Assembly (NCBI GenBank): GCA_019744975.1
Contig: JAIETP010000018.1
Span: forward strand, 1,371-65,370
Length of the DNA stretch: 64,000 nucleotides
Direction of reading: 5' to 3'
Source of the DNA: Burkholderiales bacterium
GTDB taxonomy: Bacteria; Pseudomonadota; Gammaproteobacteria; Burkholderiales; SG8-41
The notes below the pieces were generated by a model that was not told where the DNA came from, ran no database searches, and saw nothing but the letters and a program-made list of their open reading frames with translations. Position 1 is the stretch's first letter, and every line of letters starts with the position of its first letter. This document shows positions 18,627 through 28,677 of this stretch, one piece after another. A program made the position numbers and the translations under genes.

Positions 18627-19094
18627 TCAGCGCTTGACCCTGGCGGTAATCATCATCAATTCGGCCAGATGTTTTTGCGCCTGCGCGATTTCTTCCGGGC
18701 TGGCCGGTCCGACCGGCTTGCCCTCGAGGCGTTTCATCGACATCGCGGCTTTGCCGGTTTTGTCGAAGGACGCCATGATCGCAACCGTTGCACCGGATTT
18801 TCCCGGTGCGGGATAACGATCCTGTTTGTAATGCAGCAAGGCGCCGGCATTGAAGAAAAATTCATTTTTCTCGATCATGCCCGCGTTTTCGGCCATTTCC
18901 TCGCGGATCATTTTTAATTCGCTGCCGCTCCAGTATGCGCCGAAGGTCGAGGACCGCGTCGCATCCTTCCATTGGTGTTCCGTACGCTCCATCGCCGGCG
19001 CCGCGGGTCTGGCGGGCGACTGCGCCGGTGCATGACCGGCAATAAAACAAAAAAATCCGGCTGCCAGGACAGGCAGCGCTTGCAAACGAATCAT
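18627..19094 (-). CDS. Hypothetical secreted protein
   Basis: ORF 18627..19115. Signal-like 'MIRLQALPVLAAGFFCFIAGHAPAQS'. No family recognised. Confidence 0.5.
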   Translation of the reverse strand: MIRLQALPVLAAGFFCFIAGHAPAQSPARPAAPAMERTEHQWKDATRSSTFGAYWSGSELKMIREEMAENAGMIEKNEFFFNAGALLHYKQDRYPAPGKSGATVAIMASFDKTGKAAMSMKRLEGKPVGPASPEEIAQAQKHLAELMMITARVKR

Positions 19095-19233
19095 CACGGG
19101 ATTATTCCAAGTCAACAGCGACCCATCGGGGAAATTTCAGATGCGACCTGCCATCTTTAGCAGAACAGGCCGCGGCCCGACAAGGCATTTTTCACACCGG
19201 AGGGCTCCGGCGCTGAAGCGCTAACGCGCCACC

Positions 19234-19512
19234 TTATTTTGCGATCTTGCCCAGCAGGGTGGTCACGTCAGTTTGGTTATTCACCATCTGCTCCGGAAAC
19301 ACCACGGTGATCGCATTGGTCGGACAGATCGACTGGCACAGCCCGCAATACCAGCATTCGTCCGGGTATTTGATCACCGGTAGCGTCTCGCGGTTGTCTT
19401 CTTCCTTGTAGATCAGGTCGCCGGGGCAAATCCAGTCGCAGAGATTGCACTTGACGCAGGTCTCGGGATTGATGCGGATCGGATTGAACACTTCTTTTTT
19501 CAGCGCAGCCAT
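19234..19512 (-). CDS. 2x[4Fe-4S] ferredoxin-type small subunit, AprB-like
   Basis: 'CVKCNLCDWICP' and 'CWYCGLCQSICP'. Start MAALKK with RBS 'gaggag', 10 bp after the flavoprotein stop. Confidence 0.8.
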   Translation of the reverse strand: MAALKKEVFNPIRINPETCVKCNLCDWICPGDLIYKEEDNRETLPVIKYPDECWYCGLCQSICPTNAITVVFPEQMVNNQTDVTTLLGKIAK

Positions 19513-19522
19513 GGGCCTCTCC

Positions 19523-21250
19523 TCAAGCCGCCACGGTCGCATTGCCGCGACTGAACGCGGCTGACAGCGGCTGATCCGTGGATAAAGTGCGGGTCAGCGG
19601 CCCGTTCGCGCCGCGCTCGACAATGACAAACTTGCGCCAGTTCACATCATCGGTCTGCGGATAGTCCATGCGAAAGTGTGAGGAGCCGGTGCGTGTCTCC
19701 TGGCGCGCCAGCGACGCGGTGGCCATGATCTCGGCGTTCATGCGGATGTTTTTGGCTTCATGCACACGCATCAGGCCGTGCAAGTCATCGGCCTTCAGCG
19801 TCGGCTCGCGTTTGGCCAGCGCAGACAAGGTATCAAGCGCCAGCCTGAGCCCCTGCTCGTTGCGGCGCACCCCCACATAATCACTGACCGTCTGCCGAGT
19901 GCTGTCTTCATACTCTTTCCATGGCAAACCGTCCGTTTGCTGCAGATGCGCCACGGCGCGCGCGCGCACCTCATCCAGCGTTTTGCGATCGACCTCGGGC
20001 AAGGCACCGGGCGTCGCGCGAATGCGCTGCACCACACCTTCGCCGGCAATGTGTCCCAAGACCGCGGCGCCCGAGATGCCGCCGCTGACTGTCGCGCAAT
20101 CACCGGCGGCAAACAGGCCTTCGACCGCGGTTTCACCATGGGTATCGACCGCCAGGCCGCTGCCGCGGAAATACACACCGCTGCGGCGGATGCTCAGTTC
20201 GGATACCGAGACCTCGACCAGTTCCTCGCGGAAATTGACGCCCTTCTGCTGGTAATAAGCCGGCAAGGTGTAACGGTCGACCTGCAGCGTGTGCTCCATA
20301 CGATCCAGCATGTCCTGCGGCAGGTGGCGGCAGTCGAGATAGATCGGACCATTGCCGAGCAGGTATTCATTGATCACGCCGTCGGCAATCACCGCGCGGC
20401 GTGCGTTTTCTCCCTTTTTGTCATACTTGAACATGAAACGTTCGCCGGCCTTGTTGACAAAATACGCGCCAAGGCTGACCAGCGCATTCAGGCCCTGGCA
20501 GGAAAACCCCTTGGGCGTCAGCGTCGCCTCCACCGATTCCATGTTGGCCAGCGCGGCACCGGCGTGGTAACCCATCGCCTGCGCATCCCCGGTGTTGTAC
20601 GGGATATGCCAGGAATCAAAGGCAAGGCCGGAGGCGTTCTGCGAAATGCGGTTGACGTCACCCGCGGCGAGTACCACTGCTTTGGCGCGAATCACCGTCC
20701 ACTCGCCCGTGCGGAAATTGAAGGCAATGGCACCATAGGCGCGGTTGTCCTTCACCAGTAACTGGACGACCATGGTCCGCATCAGCACCGTGGCCTTGCC
20801 CTTGCGCACCCGTTCACCGAGATGTTTCTTGAAATCGGTGCCGTCGAAATTGATGTGGTACGTCCCGGGCAGGCCGAAGGAACGCAGGCGGTAATAATCC
20901 CCCGTCTGGCGGTCCCTGAAGTCGACGCCCATGGCTTCGATTTTGCGGAATATGCGCGGCATTTCACGGATCACCCGCCCGGCGACCGCCATGTCGACGA
21001 TGCCGTCGGTCAGTTCGGGCACGTGTTTCAACAGAAACTCCGGCGTATCCCACTCCGGCCCGGAATCCATGATGGTCAGGTAATGGTCAACGCCGCAGCC
21101 GATGCTGCCGCAGTGATCAAGGATTTTTCCCTTCTCGCAGACCACCACCTTCAGCCCGGCTTCCAGCGCCGGAATTGCGGCCATGCTGCCGGCCACGCCA
21201 CCACCGACCACCAGCACATCGGTATCCAGCCGCAAAAAATCATCCGTCAT
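19523..21250 (-). CDS. FAD flavoprotein of the succinate dehydrogenase / fumarate reductase / AprA superfamily
   Basis: 'DVLVVGGGVAGSMAA', 'LFAAGDCA', 'TRTGSSHFRMDYPQTDD' (compare SdhA/AprA 'R.D[YF]P'). Start at MTDDFLRL chosen over the upstream GTG. Confidence 0.8.
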   Translation of the reverse strand: MTDDFLRLDTDVLVVGGGVAGSMAAIPALEAGLKVVVCEKGKILDHCGSIGCGVDHYLTIMDSGPEWDTPEFLLKHVPELTDGIVDMAVAGRVIREMPRIFRKIEAMGVDFRDRQTGDYYRLRSFGLPGTYHINFDGTDFKKHLGERVRKGKATVLMRTMVVQLLVKDNRAYGAIAFNFRTGEWTVIRAKAVVLAAGDVNRISQNASGLAFDSWHIPYNTGDAQAMGYHAGAALANMESVEATLTPKGFSCQGLNALVSLGAYFVNKAGERFMFKYDKKGENARRAVIADGVINEYLLGNGPIYLDCRHLPQDMLDRMEHTLQVDRYTLPAYYQQKGVNFREELVEVSVSELSIRRSGVYFRGSGLAVDTHGETAVEGLFAAGDCATVSGGISGAAVLGHIAGEGVVQRIRATPGALPEVDRKTLDEVRARAVAHLQQTDGLPWKEYEDSTRQTVSDYVGVRRNEQGLRLALDTLSALAKREPTLKADDLHGLMRVHEAKNIRMNAEIMATASLARQETRTGSSHFRMDYPQTDDVNWRKFVIVERGANGPLTRTLSTDQPLSAAFSRGNATVAA

Positions 21251-21348
21251 TTGAGTCCCGTCGCGCGATGTCGCGCATGTTTCCACATGCTAAGGGGGCA
21301 CCGCGGGTAAAACCAGTGACGCGATGGTGTTTTTTCAGGACTTTCCAG

Positions 21349-22254
21349 CTATCGCGTAATGGCCTGCACGCGAAACTGGCGCGGTGAGACCGCGTAACGC
21401 TGGCGGAAACGTCGCGCGAAGTACGCTTCATCTGCAAAACCCACGGCCGAGGCGATGTCACCGATGCGCTGCGTGGTGTGCGCCAGCAACTCGCAGGCTT
21501 TTTCCATGCGTCGCTCGGTCACCAGATCGACGAAGGTTTTGCCGGTTTCCTTCTTGATCAGATGCGCGAGGTAGTTCGGCGACAAATCGGCGGCTGTGGC
21601 GGCATCCGCCAGTTGCAGACGGCGGCCGAGGTTTTCACGCACATGGCGCATCAACCGCGCCAGCGCATCGCGGCGGCTGGTGCGCTGTGCCTGCCCTGCC
21701 GCCAGCCGCGTGAGGCCACGTTCGTGGGCACGGCACACGGTGCCGATCAGCAGCAGCAGGTGGCCGCGGATCAGTTCCTGCGAACCATAACGGCGGCGCA
21801 GGTTTTCCGCCTGCATCTGCCGGCAGGCTTCCTGCGCCAGCTTGAGGTTCGCGCCGCCGAGTTTGAAATCGAGGTATTCCTGGAACAGGAACGGCGCCAG
21901 TTCGGGGGCGCGCCGCAAGGGCACGTCCTCGAGGTCGAGCGGATCGACGTCGAGCTCCGGACGCAGGAAATTCAGGTTAAAGCTGATGACGTAGAACTTC
22001 GAGCGCGGCGGATGTGGCACGCGGTGCACCCGGTACGGCAGCACAAAACTGAGGCCGCCGGGGCCCAAGGGGCGCGTCGTGGCCGCAATGTGCTGCTCGG
22101 TGCGCCCCGCCAGGTTCAGCTGGATCTGGAAATACTCGTGGCGATGCGCCTCGGCGATGCGCGTGACGCTGGTCTGGTCACGGATGCTGAAATCGGGGCC
22201 GGCTGCACGATCCGCGAGCGCATAAGTCGTGATTGCCCGCGTCGTCGCTGCCAT
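21349..22254 (-). CDS. AraC-family transcriptional regulator (cupin-like N-domain plus HTH)
   Basis: C-terminal 'ADAATAADLSPNYLAHLIKKETGKTF..IASAVGFADEAYFARRFRQRY'. Start moved to MAATTRAIT. Confidence 0.85.
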   Translation of the reverse strand: MAATTRAITTYALADRAAGPDFSIRDQTSVTRIAEAHRHEYFQIQLNLAGRTEQHIAATTRPLGPGGLSFVLPYRVHRVPHPPRSKFYVISFNLNFLRPELDVDPLDLEDVPLRRAPELAPFLFQEYLDFKLGGANLKLAQEACRQMQAENLRRRYGSQELIRGHLLLLIGTVCRAHERGLTRLAAGQAQRTSRRDALARLMRHVRENLGRRLQLADAATAADLSPNYLAHLIKKETGKTFVDLVTERRMEKACELLAHTTQRIGDIASAVGFADEAYFARRFRQRYAVSPRQFRVQAITR

Positions 22255-22285
22255 ACCGGCCCCGTCCTGCTTACTGGCGCATTGA

Positions 22286-23347
22286 TTACTGAATATCCTT
22301 GACCGCGGCGACCAGGATCGGGGCCAGGCTGGCACTGCTTTTCGCCAGTTCGGTGATCCGCTTCTGCTGCGTGACGCCGTCCATCGGTGACACCAGTCGC
22401 TCGTTCTTTTTCGATTCGGCGAGCAGTTCCGGATCACTCAGCGCCGCGGTGACCACGGCGCGGAAGGCGGCGATGGCCTGCGGATCCATGTTGGGCGGGC
22501 CGATGTAGCTGCGGTGTGTTTCCAGGATGGTTGCCATGGCCTGCACGGTGGCGCGTTTTGCAGCCGGCACGATATTCGTCGCAATCGGAATCTGCGGATA
22601 GTCCGGGGATGGCTGCGAGGTCACCATCAGAATCGGGTTTTTGTCGCCGGAGCGGATCGGCCCCAGCGATTCGCTCCAGCCGGTGATATGGCCGTCGCCG
22701 TCGCCCTTGATCACCGCCAGCGAAGTGTCGGCATTGCCCTCGTAACCCGTCACCGCCTTGACCTTGAAGCCCAGTGCATCACCGAGCACGGCCATGGTGT
22801 AGAAGTCCTCGTCGGTGCCCTGCGAGGGATACACAAACGGACGTTTCAGTTTCTGCACGTCCTGGATGGTCTTGATCGCCGACTTGCCGCCGACGCACAG
22901 CACCCGCGGCTCGCTGGTCACCCGACCGAGGTAGTTGAACTTGACCGGATCAAGCGACTGCGCACCGGGACTGCCGGCCAGCGGTGCGAGGAGCAGCGTC
23001 GACACATTGCCGAAAAAGATTTCCGGACTGCCGGGTTTGACGCGCCAGATGTGGTTGGCCGCCTTCAGGCCGCCACCGCCCGGCATGTTGACGATGCGCA
23101 CTTCGCGCGCGCCGCTGTGTTTCTGCAGGTACGGCTGCAGCAGGCGGGCAAACCGCGTATGTCCGCCGGAGGCGCCGCCGGCGACATTGATGATGATGAC
23201 CTTGTCCTTGTAATAACCACCGCCGGCCTGGGCAAACACCCGGCCCGGCATGCTCATGACCACCGGCGCCATGGCACCTGCGAACATCAGTTTTCTGCGC
23301 GTTTTTTCAACTTCGTTTTCGACTGCGTTTTCGATTTTGTTTTTCAT
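22286..23347 (-). CDS. tctC: Tripartite tricarboxylate transporter substrate-binding protein (Bug/TctC family)
   Basis: 'IVNMPGGGGLKAAN'. About 350 aa with an N-terminal signal. Adjacent to tctB and tctA. Confidence 0.8.
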   Translation of the reverse strand: MKNKIENAVENEVEKTRRKLMFAGAMAPVVMSMPGRVFAQAGGGYYKDKVIIINVAGGASGGHTRFARLLQPYLQKHSGAREVRIVNMPGGGGLKAANHIWRVKPGSPEIFFGNVSTLLLAPLAGSPGAQSLDPVKFNYLGRVTSEPRVLCVGGKSAIKTIQDVQKLKRPFVYPSQGTDEDFYTMAVLGDALGFKVKAVTGYEGNADTSLAVIKGDGDGHITGWSESLGPIRSGDKNPILMVTSQPSPDYPQIPIATNIVPAAKRATVQAMATILETHRSYIGPPNMDPQAIAAFRAVVTAALSDPELLAESKKNERLVSPMDGVTQQKRITELAKSSASLAPILVAAVKDIQ

Positions 23348-23371
23348 TGCGGTCTCCTCCGGTATCAGATT

Positions 23372-23881
23372 TTATTGGAACAGCGGCGCCAGCAGGCCAT
23401 GATACGGCTGCATTTGCAGCGCCACCACGAACAACAGGTACAACGAAACCGTCAGCACGGCAGCATAGACCAGGCTGAGCCGCCATGAGCAGTAACGTGT
23501 CACCATGAAATAACCCGCGGTAAACAGGAAGGCTGCCGGCATCACCCCCGCGGCAAAAGTCAGCGCCAGCAGCACGGCGATCATGCCGTAAGCGGCCGCC
23601 TCCCCTTGCCGGGACGGTTTTTTCACGGGTGCCGCGGGCGTCTCAGCTGCGGGAATCGTCGGTGCCTGCACCGAGATCATGTCCATCTGCAGTTCCTCCG
23701 GCGAACCGAAGTTGTGCCAGGCCATCTGGATCAGCGTCAGCACGATGCCAAAGACTGCCAGCGGCAACGGGATCATCCGCGCGCGCGGCCCGAAATCCTG
23801 GCACAACACAATGACACCGGCAAAAAACGCCAGCAGCAGCACGGAAGCCACATTCTCCTGGGCATGGCGGCTGATCTTCAT
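23372..23881 (-). CDS. tctB: Tripartite tricarboxylate transporter small membrane protein TctB
   Basis: Start 'MKISRHAQENVASVLLLAFF' overlaps the tctA stop by ATGA. Four predicted hydrophobic helices. The upstream part of ORF 23372..24304 is tctA out-of-frame. Confidence 0.75.
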   Translation of the reverse strand: MKISRHAQENVASVLLLAFFAGVIVLCQDFGPRARMIPLPLAVFGIVLTLIQMAWHNFGSPEELQMDMISVQAPTIPAAETPAAPVKKPSRQGEAAAYGMIAVLLALTFAAGVMPAAFLFTAGYFMVTRYCSWRLSLVYAAVLTVSLYLLFVVALQMQPYHGLLAPLFQ

Positions 23882-25380
23882 GGCGCAGCCGCTCCGGCAG
23901 CCTGCCTGCGTTTGCGCCGCCAGTTGCGCACGAAGGGCAGCGCCGCGGTCACCAGAACGAACAGCAGCATCGCCAGCGCAATCGGCCGCTCGAGCAGGAA
24001 ATCGCGGCCATACAGCGTCAGCGAAATGTGCAGATTGCGCTCGATCATCACCGCCAGCACCATGCCGATGACAAAATTCGCCCGCGAATAATGGTATTTG
24101 TCCATCAGGTAACCGACGATGCCGAACACCGCGGCCACCACCACATCCTCGATGTGGCCGCGCGTGGCATAGGCGCCGACAAAACACACCGCCAGTACGA
24201 TGGGCACCATCAGATTGGCCTGCAGCGAAGGCAACCGCGCCAGCCAGGGCGTGATGCCGAGACCGATGACCGTCACCGCGATGTTGGCAATGACAATGAT
24301 CCATACCATGCTGAACACCAGGTCGAGATTCTTGGTCAGCATGTCCGGGCCCGGCACCACGCCGAGGCCGATGAATGCCACCAGCAGGATCGCCATGCTC
24401 TCGCCACCCGGAATGCCGAAGGCCAGCGTCGGCATCAGGCCGCCGCCTTCATTGGCGCCCATGGTCGCGTCAGGTGCGATCACGCCTTCAACCGCACCTT
24501 TGCCAAAACGCTCCGGCGTTTTCGAGGTCTGCACCGCCTGGGCATAAGCCGCGAGTCCGGCAACGCTGGCGCCGACGCCCGGCAGCACACCGATCCACAG
24601 CCCGAGCAGGCTGGAACGTGCCACCAGCCACCAATGCCTGAACGCATCCTGCACACCCTGCCATACGGTGCTTTCCTCCTTGACCAGCGAGCGGTCGACG
24701 ATGGGCGTTCCCTTGATCGCGAGCTTCATCATTTCCGACACTGCAAAGAGGCCGATCATCGCCACCGGGAAGGAAATGCCGTCCATCAGGAATTCGCTGC
24801 CGAAGGTGAAACGCGGGGTTGCGGTCACCACATCCATGCCGATGAAGGCCACCAGCACGCCGAGCACGCTGGCGGTGAGGCCTTTCATCAGCGAGCCTTC
24901 ACTGAAAGTGGCGATCACGGTCAGCCCCCACAGCGCCATCATCAGGTATTCGCTCGGTCCGAGGGCGAGGATCACCGGGCGGATCAGCGGGATGCACAAG
25001 GCGAGGAAAATCGCGCCGATGATGCCGCCGAGCAAAGCACCGGTGGCGGAAGCCGCCAGCGCGCGTTTGGCCTGGCCTTTTTTGGTCATCGGATATCCGT
25101 CAAAACACAGCGCGAGTCCCTTGGCCGAACCCGGCACGCTGAACAGGATACTGGTCACCGAATCGCCCCAGATGGTCGCGATATGCGCGCCGAGCAGCAG
25201 CGCCAGCGTCGCCGCGGTTTCAAAGCCGTAGGTGAAGGGCAGCAGCAGCGCCATCGCCACCACGCCGCCGAGACCCGGCAGGATGCCGATGACCAGCCCG
25301 TAGACCACGCCGATCAGCATGAACAGCAGTGCCTGCGGCGTCAGCAGCGCCGTCAGGCCGGCCAGGATGGCTTCAATCAT
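23878..25380 (-). CDS. tctA: Tripartite tricarboxylate transporter large permease TctA
   Basis: 500 aa polytopic. 'GILPGLGG' N-terminal motif typical of TctA. Confidence 0.9.
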   Translation of the reverse strand: MIEAILAGLTALLTPQALLFMLIGVVYGLVIGILPGLGGVVAMALLLPFTYGFETAATLALLLGAHIATIWGDSVTSILFSVPGSAKGLALCFDGYPMTKKGQAKRALAASATGALLGGIIGAIFLALCIPLIRPVILALGPSEYLMMALWGLTVIATFSEGSLMKGLTASVLGVLVAFIGMDVVTATPRFTFGSEFLMDGISFPVAMIGLFAVSEMMKLAIKGTPIVDRSLVKEESTVWQGVQDAFRHWWLVARSSLLGLWIGVLPGVGASVAGLAAYAQAVQTSKTPERFGKGAVEGVIAPDATMGANEGGGLMPTLAFGIPGGESMAILLVAFIGLGVVPGPDMLTKNLDLVFSMVWIIVIANIAVTVIGLGITPWLARLPSLQANLMVPIVLAVCFVGAYATRGHIEDVVVAAVFGIVGYLMDKYHYSRANFVIGMVLAVMIERNLHISLTLYGRDFLLERPIALAMLLFVLVTAALPFVRNWRRKRRQAAGAAAP

Positions 25381-25681
25381 GCAGCGGACCTTTTGCGCTT
25401 CCGTGCTGGCGGCTTGAACAGATCAGCAATCGGGCTCCTCCCATGTCTGCTGTTGCCGCGATGCGTTTGTTCTGCAATTTTTCCGGCAACAGTGGCGCGA
25501 CTTTACAGCAAGGTGCGCCAATCCGACTACCGCGACGGGCTCAACCGGCATGAACCATTTTGGTAAAACGCCGATGTGAACACCCCCGGTGCGGGTAATG
25601 ACACGGGTAACGATCCGGTACCATCCCGCGCGTCCGCGATGTGGCGGACCGGATCCGCCGGCGGAGCATAAACGGCTCTAC

Positions 25682-26179
25682 TTAAAGCAAGATCGGGCGG
25701 TTGCCGAGTTCGTCGGGATTGTCACCCGTCGCCGGAAAATGCCGCGTCAGCAACCCGGTGATCTGCCGGATCCCCTCAAGCAGACCCGCCTCAAAACGGT
25801 GCTCCCGGAATTCCAGTTCGATGCTGCGGCAGATCGCCTCCCACTGCGCCTGCGTCACCCGTGCGTTGATACCGCGGTCGGCCACGATCTCGATGTCGCG
25901 ATCGGCATGGTTGATATAGAGCAGCACACCGCTGTTGGCGGCGGTGTCCCACACGCCGAGTTCGGCAAAAACCTCGCAGGCCCGCTCCCGCGGACTCTGG
26001 CCACGCAGCAGCGGGCCAAAATCAAGGCTGGCTTCGATCACGACGCGCAATTCGCCGCGATGCAACTGTTCGCTGCGTTTCACGGCGTCCTCGATGCGGG
26101 CCATCACCGCCGGTGAAAACGTGCGGCGCGTCAGCCACGGGGGCAGCAGCAGGTGTTTGATCAGGCGTTTTATTTTCAC
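25682..26179 (-). CDS. TPM-domain protein (third gene of the LemA-TPM-TPM cluster)
   Basis: GTG start at 26179, one nt after the upstream stop. 'GELRVVIEASL..GVLLYINHADRDIEIVADRGI'. Confidence 0.75.
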   Translation of the reverse strand: MKIKRLIKHLLLPPWLTRRTFSPAVMARIEDAVKRSEQLHRGELRVVIEASLDFGPLLRGQSPRERACEVFAELGVWDTAANSGVLLYINHADRDIEIVADRGINARVTQAQWEAICRSIELEFREHRFEAGLLEGIRQITGLLTRHFPATGDNPDELGNRPILL

Positions 26180-26180
26180 G

Positions 26181-27047
26181 TCACCAGCTCCCCGATGCGC
26201 CACCGCCGCCAGAGCGACCGCCGCCGCCACCGAATCCACCGCCTCCGCCGCCGGAAGACCACGAGCCGCCGCCGCCCGATCCACCGTAAGCGCCGCCGAA
26301 AGACCCTTTCGCACCGGCAAAAAGACTGAAGACGAAGGCAATGACGCCGGCGATCGACGCACCGATCACACTGCTGAACACCAGCCAGATGATGAAACCA
26401 AAAAGCCCCGCCATGATCCCGGCAGCAGCCAGCTGGCCGACCGCCGCACGCAGTCCGAGGTTGATCACGTTGAAGAGCACAAAGCCGGCCAGCAGCCATT
26501 CCGGATTGAACGACAGGCCCGCCCGCCCTTTTTGCGAAGCAGCGACCGGCGGCAAGGCCTCGCCGTCAATCACCGCCATGATGCGCGAGACGCCGGCGAC
26601 AACGCCGGCGGTAAAATCCCCGCGTTTGAACTGCGGCACGATATCGTCGCTGATGATGCGTTTCGCTGTTGCATCAGTCAGCGCGCCTTCGAGCCCGTAA
26701 CCAACCTCGATGCGCAATTTGCGGTCATCCTTGGCAATGACCAGCAACACGCCGTCGTCGATGCGTTTGCGCCCCGGCTTCCATTTTTCAAAAGCCCTTA
26801 CGGCGTATTGTTCGATGGTTTCGGGCTGCACCGTGGGCAGCATCAATACGGCGATCTGGGCACCCTTTTTCGCTTCAAAAGCAGCGAGCCGCCGGTCGAG
26901 TTCGGCTATGCTCGCCGCGGACAGGGTGCCGGTCAGGTCGGTGACACGCGCCTGCAGCGGAGGCACCGCCACCTCCGCGAATGCGGTCAATACCGAAAAA
27001 CACAAGAATGCCGCGGTGATGAGTGCGCGCGGCAGGAGCACGGACAT
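26181..27047 (-). CDS. TPM-domain protein, YgcG-like, with TM segments and a Gly-rich tail
   Basis: 'LQARVTDLTGTLS..AQIAVLMLPT', 'LLVIAKDDRKLRIEVGYGLEG', C-terminal 'GGGGSWSSGGGGGGFGGGGG'. Confidence 0.85.
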   Translation of the reverse strand: MSVLLPRALITAAFLCFSVLTAFAEVAVPPLQARVTDLTGTLSAASIAELDRRLAAFEAKKGAQIAVLMLPTVQPETIEQYAVRAFEKWKPGRKRIDDGVLLVIAKDDRKLRIEVGYGLEGALTDATAKRIISDDIVPQFKRGDFTAGVVAGVSRIMAVIDGEALPPVAASQKGRAGLSFNPEWLLAGFVLFNVINLGLRAAVGQLAAAGIMAGLFGFIIWLVFSSVIGASIAGVIAFVFSLFAGAKGSFGGAYGGSGGGGSWSSGGGGGGFGGGGGRSGGGGASGSW

Positions 27048-27050
27048 GGA

Positions 27051-27770
27051 TTACTTGCCCGCCGGCACCGTGTACTCGTTGGGAGGGCTGGATGGCGCGC
27101 TCGACGGACTGACCGGCGCAGGTGCTGCGGCAGGTTTGCCGAAATCGACTTTCGGCGGCTTGCTGATTTCCTTTTCGTTCTCGACCGTGAACTGCGGCTT
27201 TTCCTTGTGGCCGAACATCATCGCCGTCAAGTTGCTCGGGAACGAGCGCACGACAACGTTGTACTCGCGCACCGAGTCGATGTAACGCTTGCGCGCCACG
27301 GTAATTCGGTTTTCGGTGCCCTCCAGCTGCGCCTGCAGATCACGGAAATTGGCGTCGGACTTGAGTTGCGGATAGTTCTCGGCGACAACCAGCAGCCGCG
27401 ACAGCGACGAGGATAATTCGCCCTGCGCCTGCGCAAACCGCGCAAATGCCTGCGGATCATTGACCAGTTCCGGCGTGGCCTGGATGGAGCCCACCTTGGC
27501 GCGGGCGTTGGTGACACCCAGGAGTACGTCGCGCTCCTGCGCGGCAAAACCCTTCACGGTCTCGACCAGATTCGGAATCAGGTCGGCGCGGCGCTGGTAC
27601 TGGCTGAGCACTTCCGCCCAGCTCGCCTTGACCTGCTCATCCGTCGTTTGCAGCGTGTTGTAGCCGCAGCCGCCGGAGAATGCGGAAAACACCAATAAAA
27701 TCAACAGGGAAAATCGATTATTCAAAGCGTGTTTATTCGCAGCGATCTCATTCACAGCGTTTGTGTTCAC
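27051..27770 (-). CDS. lemA: LemA-family lipoprotein
   Basis: GTG start at 27770 with 'ggagg' RBS. Lipobox 'AFSGGCG'. 'WAEVLSQYQRRADLIPNLVETVKG'. Confidence 0.85.
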   Translation of the reverse strand: MNTNAVNEIAANKHALNNRFSLLILLVFSAFSGGCGYNTLQTTDEQVKASWAEVLSQYQRRADLIPNLVETVKGFAAQERDVLLGVTNARAKVGSIQATPELVNDPQAFARFAQAQGELSSSLSRLLVVAENYPQLKSDANFRDLQAQLEGTENRITVARKRYIDSVREYNVVVRSFPSNLTAMMFGHKEKPQFTVENEKEISKPPKVDFGKPAAAPAPVSPSSAPSSPPNEYTVPAGK

Positions 27771-27801
27771 AGTGACCTCCAGTTTCAGGTTTGGCCGCGG
27801 T

Positions 27802-28581
27802 TTAAATGGGGGCAAGCGCAGCCGATTGCAAGCGCTGCATGGTCTCAACCGCGAAACACAAATCCTCCCACGCTTTCGACTTGTCCGACAGCGTGCGCAG
27901 CAGGTAGGCCGGATGATAGGTGACGAGCAACGGGATTCCGCGATAGGCGTGCTGCTGCCCGCGCAGACTGGCAATGCTGGCATCGCGCCCGAGCAGGTTG
28001 ACCGCGGCCACCTTGCCGAGCGCAATGATCAGTTTCGGCTGAATCAGTTCGATCTGCCGCTGCAGGTAGCCACTGCAGGCCTCGGCCTCTTCCGGCTGCG
28101 GATTGCGGTTGCCGGGCGGACGGCATTTGACGATGTTGGCGATATAAACATTGGCGCCGCGTTTGAGCGCAATCGCCGCCAGCATGTTGTCGAGGAGTCT
28201 GCCCGCCTGTCCGACAAAGGGTTCGCCCTGCGCATCCTCATCCGCACCCGGGCCTTCGCCGACAAACAGCCAGTCGGCATTTTCATCGCCGACACCGAAT
28301 ACGGTCTTGTTGCGTTTCTGGTGCAGGACGCAGGCCGTGCAATCCGCGACACAGGCTTTCAGTGCCGGCCAATCCATGCCGGCAACCGGACCCGGATCGC
28401 CGCCACGGGCAACAACCGGCGCTGCGGGTTCACGGGCAGTCAGCGCCGCTGCCGTATCAGCCGCGACCGCAATCTCCGCCTGTGGCGCGTCACGCAACCG
28501 CCATACCGGGCTGATGCCGATTTCCTTCAGCAGTTCATCACGGTGCATATTCTGGCCATCAGTCATATCAAGGCGCGGCAT
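27802..28581 (-). CDS. udg: Family-4 uracil-DNA glycosylase (4Fe-4S type)
   Basis: '[21 protein letters not shown]', '[13 protein letters not shown]', 'TYHPAYLLR'. Confidence 0.9.
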   Translation of the reverse strand: MPRLDMTDGQNMHRDELLKEIGISPVWRLRDAPQAEIAVAADTAAALTAREPAAPVVARGGDPGPVAGMDWPALKACVADCTACVLHQKRNKTVFGVGDENADWLFVGEGPGADEDAQGEPFVGQAGRLLDNMLAAIALKRGANVYIANIVKCRPPGNRNPQPEEAEACSGYLQRQIELIQPKLIIALGKVAAVNLLGRDASIASLRGQQHAYRGIPLLVTYHPAYLLRTLSDKSKAWEDLCFAVETMQRLQSAALAPI

Positions 28582-28675
28582 GAAGTATTACCGCACGTCC
28601 CTCTCATCCGGTAGCGGCACGAAGTATTGCCGCACGTCCCTCTCATCCGGTAGCGGCACGAAGTATTGCCGCCAA
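28577..28675. repeat. 39-bp tandem repeat, 2.5 copies, filling the rimI-udg gap and containing the udg start codon
   Basis: Units start at 28582, 28621 and 28660 ('gaagtatt(a/g)ccgcacgtccctctcatccggtagcggca(c/t)'). Confidence 0.95.
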
Positions 28676-28677
28676 TC

